Assembly: GCA_976226885.1 (NCBI GenBank)
Contig: OZ320313.1
Span: 160,456,001-160,520,000 of the forward strand
Reading direction: 5' to 3'
Source of the DNA: Iphione sp. A-MEVVRFRX5
Lineage: Eukaryota
Length of the DNA: 64,000 bases
The notes beneath the pieces were generated by a model. That model was not told where the DNA came from, did not search any database, and saw nothing but the letters and a program-made list of their open reading frames with translations. The position numbers were made by a program, and so were the translations under genes. Below, piece after piece: positions 1-13,100 of the stretch (the stretch's first letter is position 1; each line of letters opens with the position of its first letter).

Positions 1-75
1 GGACCTGACGCTCCGCACTCGAGGGCCAGGCTGGGACCGGCGAGTCCCAAGGATCATTCACCCACTGACTGCCGA

Positions 76-217
76 NNNNNNNNNNNNNNNNNNNNNNNNN
101 NNNNNNNNNNNNNNNNNNNNNNNNNNNNNNNNNNNNNNNNNNNNNNNNNNNNNNNNNNNNNNNNNNNNNNNNNNNNNNNNNNNNNNNNNNNNNNNNNNNN
201 NNNNNNNNNNNNNNNNN
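76..217. other. Assembly gap (142 N)
   Basis: Run of N read directly from the sequence. Confidence 0.99.
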
Positions 218-337
218 ATTGACCCATCAGGGACAGAAGCTGCCGACAGACTCAGCCCGGGGGAAGCCATGGGCACGGGCAATTGGTAAACAAATTAAAA
301 TGAATTAAATCACATGACCAGTGAAGTCATAAAAAGG

Positions 338-485
338 NNNNNNNNNNNNNNNNNNNNNNNNNNNNNNNNNNNNNNNNNNNNNNNNNNNNNNNNNNNNNNN
401 NNNNNNNNNNNNNNNNNNNNNNNNNNNNNNNNNNNNNNNNNNNNNNNNNNNNNNNNNNNNNNNNNNNNNNNNNNNNNNNNNNNNN
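338..485. other. Assembly gap (148 N)
   Basis: Run of N; only 120 called bases separate it from the previous gap. Confidence 0.99.
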
Positions 486-1224
486 AGATTTTAATAGGCG
501 TCACCGTCGCCTCCAGATTCAATTTAACTGAATTGCATGAAATAGTTTCATCCTCGAGCCTAAGATTCCCAGCTTCACCAGCGTGAGCCCAGGCGTATAC
601 CCCTTATGCCGCCGACAGCTCTGCATATATAGTCCCTAATGCTTTTACTGTGATATGACCCATGACAGGCTGTGTGTTATTAATATCTCCATGCCATAAT
701 GGTCGCTGTCGTGCATATTTGTCAGGCTCGCTGGAACCTGAGGCAGCCCGGCCCTCCTCATCGGGCAGTATTTAGTCGGGCATTGATGAAATGAAGGGGG
801 TTGGGGGGTAGCAAGGCGAAGCCAATAGACAGGTCATCAGACGTCGTGGGTGGCCGGGGATAAAGGAAGCAGCAGAGAGAAGGAAAGGTTTCATATCTCC
901 GCTGTATTGTGGTCGTTCTCCTGGGGGGATAACCAGCCTCATCAAGATGCTGAGACGTGGGGAGCCCCTATGGACGTTAACATGGTGAACGTCCGCCCAC
1001 CGCTCCTCCACTCCTCTCCCTCTCTCTCTCTCTGCCACTCTATAGCATGGGTGGATCAATAGTTGCAATACCACCCCCATCATTTTCGACACTGCTTCGC
1101 CAAATAGCGGCCTCCGAATCTGTCCAACATAGTGATATCGCCTGCCAATTGCACAACAACAGCGAGGCGGGGAGGCCGGGGAGGCGGAGAACGAGATGGA
1201 GAGAGGTCCAAGAGGCGAGGTGAA

Positions 1225-1260
1225 GAGGAGGAGGAGTAGGAGGAGGAGTAGGAGGAGGAG
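1225..1260 (+). repeat. Interrupted (GAG)n trinucleotide tract
   Basis: (GAG)4 TAG (GAG)3 TAG (GAG)3. It produces the poly-Leu run in ORF 772..1296 on the minus strand. Confidence 0.95.
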
Positions 1261-1568
1261 AAGAAAAAACCTGCCCATACCCATATTAATGTGCACGTCA
1301 GAGAGCTCTTGATGGCTTATGACGGTTTAATGTATAGAGCTCCCATCGGTTCGCATCCATTAGCCGCGGGCAGGTATTAGCGGCGGCCCTGATTGCTGTT
1401 TTAAATACACTCATGTATTTGTCGATGGTAGACTGTTAGTGGTCGATGCGGTGGCATATTGTTAAGGAGGTTGGGGAGAGGGGGAGAGCGGGCAGGACTT
1501 GTGGTGGTATAGGGTGAGAGTGGGTAGGCACGCCTAGGAAAAGGAGATGGTTATCCATCACGTAAGCA

Positions 1569-1592
1569 GGGGTGCGCGGGGCGGGGAGGGGG
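1569..1592 (+). other. Putative G-quadruplex-forming sequence
   Basis: GGGG TGCGC GGGG C GGGG A GGGGG fits the G3+N1-7 x4 pattern. Folding is not demonstrated. Confidence 0.6.
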
Positions 1593-2300
1593 AAGCGGAG
1601 GGACGAGGAGGAAGAACAAGAGGAAGGAGATGCTGATAAGGCAACTAGGAGCAACTTAGTGGTTGACTCTGTTATCTGGCTACCAGCACTACTATCTTTG
1701 AGTAGGGGATCATTCACAACAGTATCCCCCCGTCCCTCCTCCCCTTAGGCTATTATCCACCGCCCGGATAGTAATACCGAGATGAGCATATTATAAAACT
1801 AAAGCAAAAACTGAACGTAAAAGAAGCCTTTTGATCACGCCTGTGAGAGGGGTAGACTATTTTCTGATGATACGGTTACAGCCCAAACAGGGGTTTTCTC
1901 ATTATCCCACTTGTAATATGATCAACTATTTTTTACGCCTTTACTACGACACGGAGCAGTGTTCTGTTTTCGCATTATTCCATACCATACAAAACCGACC
2001 TCCACTCCCTGCCCTCTTCATTCCGTACGTTCCGTCCTATATATTTATATCCAGATGCCCCAGCTTCGCCTCTAACTCTATTCCTAACTAGCACTCCCAA
2101 ATTTACCGTATAGTCAAACACTCCTCCCTAACACTTCTTAACCCTAACCCTGCCCATCCTCTCCTTTTCCTTACCTTTTGCCCTTGCCACAATAAAAAAA
2201 TACACACCTGTATTTACATACATACACACCTATATGCTCATACAAACTAATTTTCCATGTGCCTGTTTTTCATACCCATACTTCCTGGAAAGTTAATCTT

Positions 2301-2344
2301 ACACACACACACACACACACTCACTCACTCACTCACTCACTCAC
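2301..2344 (+). repeat. Compound microsatellite (AC)10(TCAC)6
   Basis: Read directly. Confidence 0.97.
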
Positions 2345-3457
2345 CCACTCTCTTAGTGCGGGGAAGGTACAGGATAGTTAGGGTACTTAGTCGCGCAGGT
2401 ATTGATTGTCATTGAGAGAGGACATCTCGTCCTGCTAGCTCTCTTGCGTACATTTATGTTATTGTAATACAACCGGAAAGAAAGTTGAGCTGAACGGCGA
2501 TTTCCATAAAAGGCAACGTAGGACTTAAGAGCCGGGATGCTCTAATGGTTTTTTTCCACCCATATCCGATGAAGGCCTCCAGCATCATATATCACAAGAG
2601 TGTAGCGAGGGAAGAACGTACCTTCCTAGGACGGGCCCGAGTTCCATTTACGCCAGCAAAGTGCACGAAGGCGATGGTTTCTAATTATCAGGTCGTTTCA
2701 ACGAATTGGTGGGGAACGGCACCTCCCCCCCCCCTCCTCTCCAGTCTCATGCCTTAGAGAGACGATTGCTGGGTCCAGCGCTGGACTTGCTCAGCCACGG
2801 AGAGAGAGAGAAAGAGGCAGGCTCGCCACTGATGGTGGGGATAATTGCCGTGGGATCTCAACTGCTCTTAACACCTCACGCCCGAGCAAATCAGATTGGC
2901 CCCGCGAGCAGAACGGACCTTGGCCGCCGTCGACTGCCGCGGCCATAACCATGGCGGCGTCGGTGCGCCGGTGGCGCTCGATGGTGGCAATAGCCCTGAG
3001 CTGCTCGTTGTCCAGTAATTTGCTCCGCATGTCCACTGCCCGCTGAATCGCCGGTGGTGGCAAGCCATGAAATCGCACAGCCAGGCGGACACAATATGCC
3101 CGTTAGGCGAGTGTAGGTTGGTCGTATCAGCTGTGCACCGTTCTACCTTTTCAGGCTCACCACTCTGTCCACGCATCCTCCTCTCTAACATGTTCGAGCC
3201 TGGTGTGTACTCACCCTGATGGGTTTACCGGCGCCGGCCCAGGCTTCAGTGTATTCACTCCCTTCCTCTTGGGGGGCTGTGCTGTCGAGATGGTGTTAAA
3301 TTATCGTAACGATGAGAATTTAGTTGTTTTTTTTTCGCGAGTCTCAATTGGAGTACTCCTGTGTGCACGGATTCTTTGATGTGAGACGTCCGAACCTATA
3401 TAGGGGGCGCTTCGATCGCGAACGTAAAGATTTCAAAAAGAAACGTCGGCTTGCTCT

Positions 3458-3536
3458 GTTGTGCCAAAGTAGCTGCATACACGAGTCCAACGTCGCTAGC
3501 TAGCGACGCCAGATACCAGCTTGCAGACTTGGCAAC
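3458..3536. repeat. Nested inverted repeat around a perfect 18-bp palindrome
   Basis: CGTCGCTAGCTAGCGACG (3491-3508) is a perfect palindrome. Outer arms GTTGTGCCAAAGTAGCTGCA (3458-3477) and TGCAGACTTGGCAAC (3522-3536) are complementary apart from three small insertions in the left arm, and share the same centre. Confidence 0.7.
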
Positions 3537-3857
3537 GTGAAAGATGCAATTTCTTTAGCGTAAGCAATGCTTACGGTGGCCTTTTCAGATTAGTTAAAGC
3601 TGCCTACTGTAGCAGTTTGATGGGATTGACTATGTGGGTAATACAGTTCAGTTGAATAATGTCGCTTTTGGAGGATGAATGCAGTGCGTGAATGCCTTCA
3701 AGATGTCTTGATATCTTTACCACTGAAAGTCTTCGCCCTTGAATACTGACTGTTTTGATGCAGGTTGAACTATATTGTACATTTATTCATTTCATTGTAT
3801 CTTTTACCAGGAATTAGATATTTCCTATCACATGATCAGGCTCTTCCATATGCTCCT

Positions 3858-4299
3858 GGGGTAACATACTGCCATTTATTCTTGAGAAGTGAGAGACAAG
3901 AATACCCGGCGTTGCCCCCTACTCTTATTTTGAATAGATTCCCAGGGTCTTTTTGTGCATAGGAGACAGAATCCTATACACCCATGGCGTTTTTCACTAG
4001 TTGTGGACCAATATGGGTTGGGGCTACAGCGTTTGGTCTTGTTCAAAAGTCCCAGGCCCAGGATTGAAGCTGCAACCTCTCAGTCAGTGGAAGGTAAAAC
4101 TATTGGGTTTTATTAACAAATACGTGCACATGCAGTTCTATACGGGCAAGGCGAGAGAGGGGCTGTTTTACACCCTTTCCTACTGCTTATGACCATCATA
4201 ATCCCTCCCCATGTGTACGTTAATGTGGGATTTTCGGCAATTAGGGTTGGGGGGGCTGATTAATAGCCATGGCGGGGGACCACAGACCCCACAGGTCCC
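3858..4299 (+). repeat. Tentative third copy of the dispersed repeat at 46503 and 53060
   Basis: 4271-4299 matches 53411-53439 at 23/29, and 3858-3877 matches 46501-46520 at 15/20. The interior is not convincingly alignable by eye. Confidence 0.4.
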
Positions 4300-4304
4300 T
4301 TTTC

Positions 4305-4498
4305 ATGTTGATATTTGAGTTGGGGGTTGAATGAGTTGGGGATTGAGAGATTTTGAGATGGAGTGAGTTGTAGTTTGAGAATTGGGGTTGGAGTGAGTTG
4401 GGGATAGAGTGAGTTGTAGTTTGAGAGTTGGGGTTGGAGTAAGTTGTAGATTGAGAGAGCTGGGATTGGAGATGGAGTGATTAGGAGATGGAGGGAGT
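4305..4498 (+). repeat. Degenerate GAGTTG-type tandem repeat, C-free strand
   Basis: No C from 4305 to 4459 and only one C up to 4498. Two 46-bp units (4361-4406 and 4407-4452) are near-identical. Confidence 0.85.
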
Positions 4499-6136
4499 CG
4501 CAGATGAGAGTCCACGGTGATGAAGTAAGTTAGTTTATGGTGCGAGTCATCCAGGCTTCCTCTTATGGCATTTCGAATAAAAGAAGCCAGAGACACACAG
4601 CTCTTGGGACGTGAGGGAATCAGGAGTTTACTGCGTCGTTCTGTGGTCGTACTGATGAGTTTAGCAGCCCTCACGGCTGCTCCTGACTCTCTTAAGAGGA
4701 CGCATTTAATCGCTTTGCTTCCTAGTTTTCTGTCGGTGGAGCAGTCTTTTCATGTCGCCCGTCATGGATCCTCTATATAGCAGCAGACGTACTCGTCTGC
4801 TAGATTCGGCCAATCGAGCGCGATCTAAACCGGGCCTTGGTGTCTGCGGGTCTTCTATGCTACCGTTTCTAATAGCCGCCACTGCCAGAACGTGGCGTAT
4901 CCGATCGCCTGCAGGAAGAGCGGCACAGACGCAAGGATGGTGGTGGTGGGGGCAAAAGCTTTGTTCTTTCACCTCCATTACTGCTGACGATGGCGGCGGC
5001 GGTGGTGATTTTCTGCCATCACGCAATGAAGTGGGAATCCCCATTAGATCGGCCAGTAGTTTGGGATTGAAGCTATCAAAACGTCAGGCCTCTAAAAGAT
5101 AGTCCGCTGCTTGCTGAAAGCGAGCCAGGAACGGACACCGGGGACCCGCGCAGATCAGGATAGGCTGCTTGGGCTTGCAGTTATCACTAAACTTTGGTGA
5201 TTGATGACCTGGCTGGGATAGGTGCAATGTTTTTATGCCCCTGAGAGCCTATCCGAGCAAACTTTACTGTGCCCTCGTGCAAAAATGTCTCCTTTTTGAT
5301 AATAAAGTGTACAGAACATTTTCGCTTTTTTTTTTAAAGAAAAATGGTCATACAGTCTTGCTCAACGCGTGTTTGGACGGAAAGCGTGCGGGAAGGCGTT
5401 AATGATTTTTGAATATTGATGTTTTTCTTTGTTCAAAGACTATACATTTTTACAAAGAAATGAATTGGGTCACGTAGTCAGCAGATGCTTGCTATAGTCT
5501 GCATTGATTTTGAGGGATACGCTGGCTTCAAATCGATGTAATATACAAGGATGAACATCCATTCATACTAGAGTATACTGTAAGTGGGTTTTATAGTAAA
5601 TATGTGCATGTAGTGAGTCCAGACTCTTCGATGCCTTTGTGTCCGACATCCTTCTTTAATCGAAGACGTTAATGTTTGACGAATTGACTTTAGAGCCTTG
5701 CTGTTAAAACCTCACTGTCCAACATCATCCTTATCCAGTCTAAGGCCAGTTTTCCAGGTGTTCGTTGTTCACCCAATCGGGCACGTTGAGGTGAGTGCCT
5801 TTGTGAACAGACACTAATTTTAACAGACCTACTCACATACGTCGTTCATGAAGCCTGCGCATCTGGTTGCCTTTGCCCAACCCAGCAAAAAATGGTATCT
5901 GACGTCTTGTTTACTAGTTGTCAACTTCTGTCCCTGATATGTTTGTTTCCGGTAATTGATAAATAAATATGAAATTCATAAAGAAAAAAACACTCCTAAT
6001 GATAGAGAAAAAGTCTCATCTATAGATGATTTAATGTAAAAAGGTTTAGAATTACAGTTTAAGATTGAACAGCAAAAATTTCTTAATAAGGTATCCATTG
6101 ATGAAAATTCATTCAATGTTTATCGACTGATCTTGG

Positions 6137-6150
6137 CAACCAGATGGCAG
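6137..6150 (+). promoter_or_regulatory. Candidate CTCF-binding motif
   Basis: CAACCAGATGGCAG, 1 mismatch to core consensus CCASYAGRKGGCRS. Confidence 0.3.
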
Positions 6151-7036
6151 TTAATTGTTTTAGATAGTGAATGTTGATTTTAGGTCTCTTGAATAAATTG
6201 AAACCAAAAATTAAAAAAAAAGTTTCACAGCAGTAAACGTATTGAAAGGAATTTAAGGGAATGTTTCAGTTGATACCACAGGTAAGTGGGTTATGACTCC
6301 TCGTTTGTAGCCTATGGGCGGAAATGATAATCACCATGAACACTGGACACAATTTTGGACTCGCCAAAACGCATATCACTACAATCAGTGATAAGGGACA
6401 GGATTCAGTTGACAGACAGCAAGGTTTTCCCTCAGTCACTCTTAGTAACTATATAGAAGTTTCACTTCTGCACTTCTCGTCTGTTGTTAAAGTAGTGTGG
6501 AAATCAGATGAAAAATGTTTTGAATTGTAATTTTCACTACCTCTATCACACACAAACACACACTCATTATCTCTCTCATTCCCTCTCGCTTTTTCTGCTC
6601 CTCTCTCTCCGCTGACTGCTACTGAATAGATCTGAAGATGTTTATTGCATCATCTTTTGTTACAGAAGCTTTTACACAGTCTTTTAATAGAATGACATTA
6701 GGTGGTGGTCCAACATAATTTGCGCTCAGCAGCACGTGATAGCTCAGTGCACAAACAAAACTCCCCACTATTGCACTTGGAATTTCAATAGAAACTGCGC
6801 TTTTCAGGTCCTTTAAGCTTTTGGACTGTATTTATTTCTGCCATATTGTTCACATGTCATCGATATCTTGGTTTCATTTAATACGTTTGTCTAAAGAATA
6901 TGATCTTTCTTTCAGTTTCTTTATGAATGTAATTATGTTATAGCTTGCTGTTATATTAATACCATTGAACTCATAATACGTTCTACAACATTAAGAGGGT
7001 CAGTTCTGTGTCCGAAACGTGAATATCCATGTTTAA

Positions 7037-7246
7037 NNNNNNNNNNNNNNNNNNNNNNNNNNNNNNNNNNNNNNNNNNNNNNNNNNNNNNNNNNNNNNNN
7101 NNNNNNNNNNNNNNNNNNNNNNNNNNNNNNNNNNNNNNNNNNNNNNNNNNNNNNNNNNNNNNNNNNNNNNNNNNNNNNNNNNNNNNNNNNNNNNNNNNNN
7201 NNNNNNNNNNNNNNNNNNNNNNNNNNNNNNNNNNNNNNNNNNNNNN
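7037..7246. other. Assembly gap (210 N)
   Basis: Run of N. Confidence 0.99.
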
Positions 7247-8964
7247 TTAGGTTCCATTACAAACGCCTCCCTTTGTCCCTTCCCATAAAGCCAAATCGAT
7301 GTCACCACAGCATCTAACCACGATCGTGTATTGTTTCGACTTTCGTAGCGCACCAGTGTAAACATCCATGTCTTTCACGAACGACGTGGGCGGCTCGTGC
7401 TACCACTCGTCTCACCAAGAACACTAACCGTTCTCTCTGAACGTAACAGATTTCACAAGCGAGAAGTTCACTGGAGAAAGTGTTGCGGCACTTGTCGCCT
7501 CCTATAGTCACCCCCCCTCGGGCAACTCACCAGCCCTAGTAAAGTGTTTTCCTTCACGTTCCTGTAATTCGCAAATGGACTGTCCCTCTAATCGCACTTG
7601 GATATTGTTTTTAATCAGCCCATTGAAATCCTCCAGCCCCGCCTTGTATCCACATGATCAAGGGAGAATCTACGCTGTCGTCTCGTGGAAACCGAAAGGA
7701 ACGGATTCATTCACGTTTGCAGCCGCAATTTGATATTAAATGAATTGTTTTCAATTCGGAAAGGACCGTTTGTTACTGTGCAGTTTCGCTTATTTCTCCG
7801 GACAGTTTATCATGCTGATTAGTTAATGACGACGTTAGAATTCGCCGGGTTCCTCTTATTGCGAAGTGACTATCTAGCGTTTCCATTATGCTCGGCCTTT
7901 GTAGCCAGAGTTGACAATGCCCGTCGATAATGCATTCAAATGCATTGCCTGATAATGCATAAGGTTTTTAGAAAAGACAGCATTAATGCAAATCTGCCGC
8001 GGGGTTACATATGAAAGCTGCTGCTACAGACATGGCCGGCTGCTCTGGATTAAATCTCTTTTATTGAAAATTCCTCTCAGTCGTCTCATTATGCCGTTCC
8101 CCTTTGTATACTGGCAAGTACCAGGCTAGAGTTATAACACAGCAGCCAAACCCACCCACCCCCAACTTGCAGCAGCCCACTCCGTCACACCCGACACCCG
8201 CACGGCTACGTTCAATGGGCTCTACGTGCCCGAAGAATCAATGTGGCCGAGGGAGAAATAGCATTGACCGATGGCAGAGATGGCTCCGGTGAATGTCGCT
8301 CCGGTTAACGACTGGATCGTATATAAGCGACGGCGCGTCGCAAGCGACCGACGCATGCGGCGGCCGCGATGGAGGACGTCGGCGGTTGTTTGGCGACGCG
8401 GCGCGCACCGAGGAGGAAGGAGCGGCCGGGCATCTGCCAGATTGTTTCTGGTGATAGGGACAGTGGCTGGAGCATCTGGCGCTCGAGCGTCTGCCAGGCG
8501 GGCGTCCGGTTATTGTATCATTCCCCTGCCGCCGCCGCTGTCCCCCCATCCCCCCATCCCCCCATCCCTCGCCCCCGCCACCTATCGATCAAGGCATAAA
8601 CCGAACGTCTGGCAACAAAAATAAATGACAAAAAAAGTACTGTGCACCCGAGTTTTCTTTCTCGTGAACAAGTAAACATCGGGGGCGAACAATTAATTGT
8701 CATGGGAGACGCCATCTTGCTCTGTCAAGTAATAAGAAAGCATGTCTGGCCGCGTTGCTTCATTTTACGCTCGGCCTATCGGGGGGGGGGGGGGGGCTGG
8801 TTGTGATGGTCGGGGGGGGGGGATTCCTTTCACGCATACTCCATATTCCTGGGCTTTGGCGTGGTGATAAAAGAACCACACGGTAGGGCACATACACTGA
8901 CACCTATCGGTCATGTACGCCGTTATGTCACATCATCCGCGTCTGGTCGTATTTCAACCCTTTC

Positions 8965-8967
<3 letters not shown>

Positions 8968-9029
<62 letters not shown>
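8968..9029 (+). repeat. (GT)31 microsatellite
   Basis: Read directly. Confidence 0.98.
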
Positions 9030-9032
<3 letters not shown>

Positions 9033-9990
9033 CCAAGGCCCCGCCATGATTCTCAGATTTTTACACTATCGTTTCGCCCGCTCCTTCATCTTCTCCTCAG
9101 GCCCGTCTCGGACAAAATGGCGAGCGCGCCATGGGAGGTGGTAGCAGCGAAGTGATGCTTTAGTTTTTTTCCACCCACACGCCCCACGTTAATCTATGAG
9201 TGGCTAGAGACAATGAAAAGCGTGCATGTTGCTTTTGCTGATTGCCAGTCTTGCTCGCTCACTCGCTCGCTCGCTGCCACTGCCAGCTGCCATGTGGTCG
9301 GACAGATACCGCCGCGTGATGAATGACCAGGCGCTGCTGCTGCTGCTACTACTGCTGCTGTCCGGCAGACGGCACTTTTCAGACTCGCCAAAACTATTTG
9401 GCAGCGGTGGGCAAAACTTTGACAGAGCCAAAATGTAATGACTATGTGCCCCCCCCCGCGCGCGCCGTGCACCGACGACAGCCTTGCCTTCTCTGTTCAA
9501 AAAAAAGTTTGAAGGACACGTACGTTGCGGATACGTGACAGTGTGCTCGTGTCAAGTGTAGACAATACGCTGAAGCGTACAGGCTCTACGTCTTCTTTCA
9601 GCTCGTAGACTTAACCACCATATCACGTCGAGCGGAATGAATCGATAGAGATTATACACCCAGCTCTTTTGATTTAACTTCAGGTGGATACAGTGCCAAT
9701 CGATCTGCACTTGACATGGAGGCGTAAAGTCTGAAATATATGATAAAAGTAGTTACACTACCTATATAAAACATTGCCTGAAAGTAGTCCGGCCATGGGG
9801 GGAGTTCTCATTAGTGTGAGACTCTTCCTAAACCTCAAATTTCTTTTCTCTTATATTGTTATGGTCATCTTTTTTAGAATAATTGAAACTGCCACATGTT
9901 TTAAGATAGAAAACAGAATATAAAAGAAAGCAGAGAAAAATTCTGGCACTAATTTCTCAGTTGGGTGTATATCACTACACATGTCTGTCC

Positions 9991-10177
9991 AGTCAAGCAG
10001 AACTGAGGGTTGTAAACGTAGGGCAGGCAGTCTGGACTTTAACCCCCCCCCATCTGTGCCCCCCCCCCCCCACACACACACACAGAGTCAAGCAGAACCG
10101 AGGGTTGTAAATGCAGGGCAGGCAGTCTGGACTTTAACCCTCTCCATCTCTGACCCCCCCCCCCACAGGCACACACA
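9991..10177 (+). repeat. Tandem duplication, 2 copies, period 95 bp
   Basis: AGTCAAGCAGAAC...GGACTTTAACCC at 9991 and 10086 match at 52/55. Each copy is followed by a C-run and a CA-rich tail. Confidence 0.93.
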
Positions 10178-13100
10178 TGCATATCATTAAAACACCCTAA
10201 TTAACCAGTGTGGGCGCTGAAGGCGCTTGTACATGTATATAACGTTCCCTCAGTTTCATCTTGGCGCACTTAAAATTATGCTGTCTCTGTGCATACGGCC
10301 ATTAAGTTTGACTAGACGATTTTATTTTGCTTTAGGTAACTTATTTGTAATAGTGCCATTGTCATCAGAAACCAAAAATACAGAAGGGAAGCTTGAATGG
10401 GAAGAATATTAAGTAGAGTTCTTGATGAAGGCAAATGTATTGGCGGCCTATTGTTCGTATTTTGTATTTGGTTACATAATATCCATCTGGGTAACGAAAA
10501 TACTAAAAAGAAATAGGAACGACCATAGTAAACCAATGTTAAATGGCACGCAGTTTACGAATGGATGCGTTGTACTTAAAGTAGAAGAAGCGGGGACAAT
10601 TAGCAGAGGAACGGAGAAAGAGACAGGATCTGGAGGGAAGAACTGTTACGAGCAACATCTGGTTGTGTCGTGGGGGACGGCAGAGCGAACGGCGACGAAG
10701 CCTGCCGGTTTGCTGAGCGCGCGTCTAGGCAGGATTTGCTGGAGGGCTTTGGGACGTCCACCGCCTGAAGAATGAATCCCCTGTCCACGCGGATCAATGT
10801 GTAGATTGTCAATAGGATCTGTGCGAATTAGAGACAAGCGAATCCCCCGACCGGTGACAGGAAGCACTCTCCGGCATGTCTTCTTCCGCGGCTGGACCTG
10901 CTCAGATCTATATATGAGCGCGCATGGCCGTCGGTGGATCATATAACCCAGAACTCTCATCACAAAGTGGGGAGGGTGCTTCACATAAGACATGTGCTGA
11001 GGTTGCTTTCTGCTTCACGAATGACACAAATATATTATGTGAGCCTTCACCGTGTGAGAATGCACCTCAGTCACTCATTCCTTCCGCACAGTTTCATCAA
11101 TAAATGCAGTGAAGGCCTGTTAAATAACAGACGTCGCAGTTTCCAGAAGACCAAAAGACTTTATCCTGAGGACTGTCACCTCTCCGGCATATTGGCGCTG
11201 CCGCTATTTCAGACCAGTCGATAACGTACTGAAAACGCGATAACGCTCCCAGAAGAACCCGGCTCGTCTATGGTGCAGTTGGCTTTTCTTTCTCTCTTTT
11301 TTTCATAGGAGGAAATATAGGAAGGAATCAGCTAGGTCGCCAACGCTATTTAGCCCGTGTGGCAGTCATTAGGCGACTATACTGACCATGCGTGGGGAAA
11401 ATTATTGAACCTTCTTAAGACCAGACGAACCGCCACTGTACGAAGGGCTTTGAACGTCATTGACGACTACGTGGCGTGTAGTACCGACGACAGGCACTTC
11501 TTCACTAAGCCGTCCCTAGTTTTCTAATCCCTTCTTTTGTCCATCTGTCCTCTACTATTACTTCTATCAAAAGGCTTTAAGGAGAATCGCAGCAATTCCT
11601 GGTCAATTTTACTCAGAATAGACCTTTCCGTTGCCATAGTAGTTTTAATTTGTGCTGAATAGACGACGGATCCGTAGTTTGCTGATCCCTTAGATGAAAA
11701 ATTCACGTTGTAAGAGACATTAAGGCAAACTGCAGAGCGAATTGTCAGCTTGGATCATTCCTTCCTCCTCCGCTGTACGTGAATATCCCCCCCCCCACCG
11801 CACGTGACCTGCTCAGTGTGAGCTTCTCATCCCGTCTCATCATCAAGTGTCTATACTGTCGTCCGTCTGTGCAGTGGTTCTTCTGAAAGGTGTACATAGT
11901 TGGGTTTTTTTTAACACCACGTACCCTAACACTCCTTAACAATCATAACTATGAAGGGGCCGTGGCGAAATGGACACGGGGGGGGATTCTCTCGGTAATG
12001 ACATTGCACAACTAAAGGGGAGGGGAAGGGGGGGCGCATCCGGCGGTGGGGGGGCTTTATCAAATGGGCAGTTAAAACGGGAGGGGGCTGCGAAATGTGC
12101 TGCCAGGCTATCTTAGTAATGAATGCGAGCGTGTGGGAGAGAATTGCAACGGTTTGTGGCCTATCGGCGCCATCACACGAGGCTCATGTGGGGGAATCAA
12201 TTAGATTGAAGCCGACCAACGGTCGCTTAAGATGAGATCCGGTTAGTCGCCCGGAATTGCGCTCGGGCGGCGACTCATGGTTTAAGGTCGGCCCCCCCTG
12301 GTTGTAGGCTGGAGGACTACCAGCTTTACGGTCGCTGGTCACATCATGGACGGCCCCCCTCCCCTTCCCTCTTTTGAATGTTGATTAGGATATTCGAGTG
12401 GCTTCCTGATGACGAAGGTCGGCCACTATCTTCATTTCCCCACTTCACCCGACCCCAACATACCCCAGCACTTCCCAACCCGCAGTTATGGTGAAGAAAG
12501 CTTTGGACGCGAATGAATAATGTCCATGTACAATCTGTATGCCATGATATGCCCACTGTGAAAAGGTGGGATTCTAGTGATGGAAACCTGCGCACAACTG
12601 AACCTTCCGGCTGACTCCCAAGTAGATGTATGCATGTGTATGCGTTTTGTGGCTGGACGTGGAGCGCAAAGGGAGAGCATGTGACTGTGTGGATTTACGA
12701 CGATCACGATTTCACGTGAGCAAGGAGACTATTTGTAATCACCGACGCAATTGGGGGAAAAATAGGAGACGGACACAGAAATGTGCAGACGGGATTTCCT
12801 CTACGTTCAGCATGGGAGGAGGCACAGCTGAGTCGGGAGGGGGCGGGGGTGGTGGGGTTAAATGCAGTGTGTGTAACTCGAGGAAGAATCATATACCGAG
12901 TATTGCTCATGCTGGTTTATGAGGGGCCGTCCTCGGTCAAGTTATAGAGAACAGTGCTGTAGAAGGTGGGGGAGACGGGGGATATCAAGATATTGGTCCC
13001 TTAGAAGCCACACTACCGGACACACGCACGCACACACACACACACACGCGCGGAGAGAAGCCACATCCGCAGTGGGGTCGCCGCCGGGTACCAAGGGAAC

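Noticed and set aside
2139-2151. TAACCCTAACCCT as telomeric repeat
   Set aside because: Only two units within a generally C-rich, G-poor stretch; not an array.
3013-3102. Minus-strand peptide AYCVRLAVRFHGLPPPAIQRA resembling the MutS C-terminal helix-turn-helix (YG..VA.LAGLP..VI.RA)
   Set aside because: Spacing is off by one residue, there is an in-frame stop immediately upstream (3103-3105) with no good acceptor, and no other MutS motif is nearby.
7366-7377. 12-nt match to the 5' end of miR-71 (minus strand); similar 10-11 nt matches to miR-92 (6769) and miR-100 (18700)
   Set aside because: The 3' halves do not match the mature miRNAs. For the miR-71 match I checked the flank and found no precursor hairpin. 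Matches of this length are expected by chance.
11956-11973. tRNA or tRNA-derived SINE 5' end (GGGGCCGTGGCGAAATGG)
   Set aside because: A-box-like, but there is no B-box (GTTCRANNC) at the expected distance and no cloverleaf.
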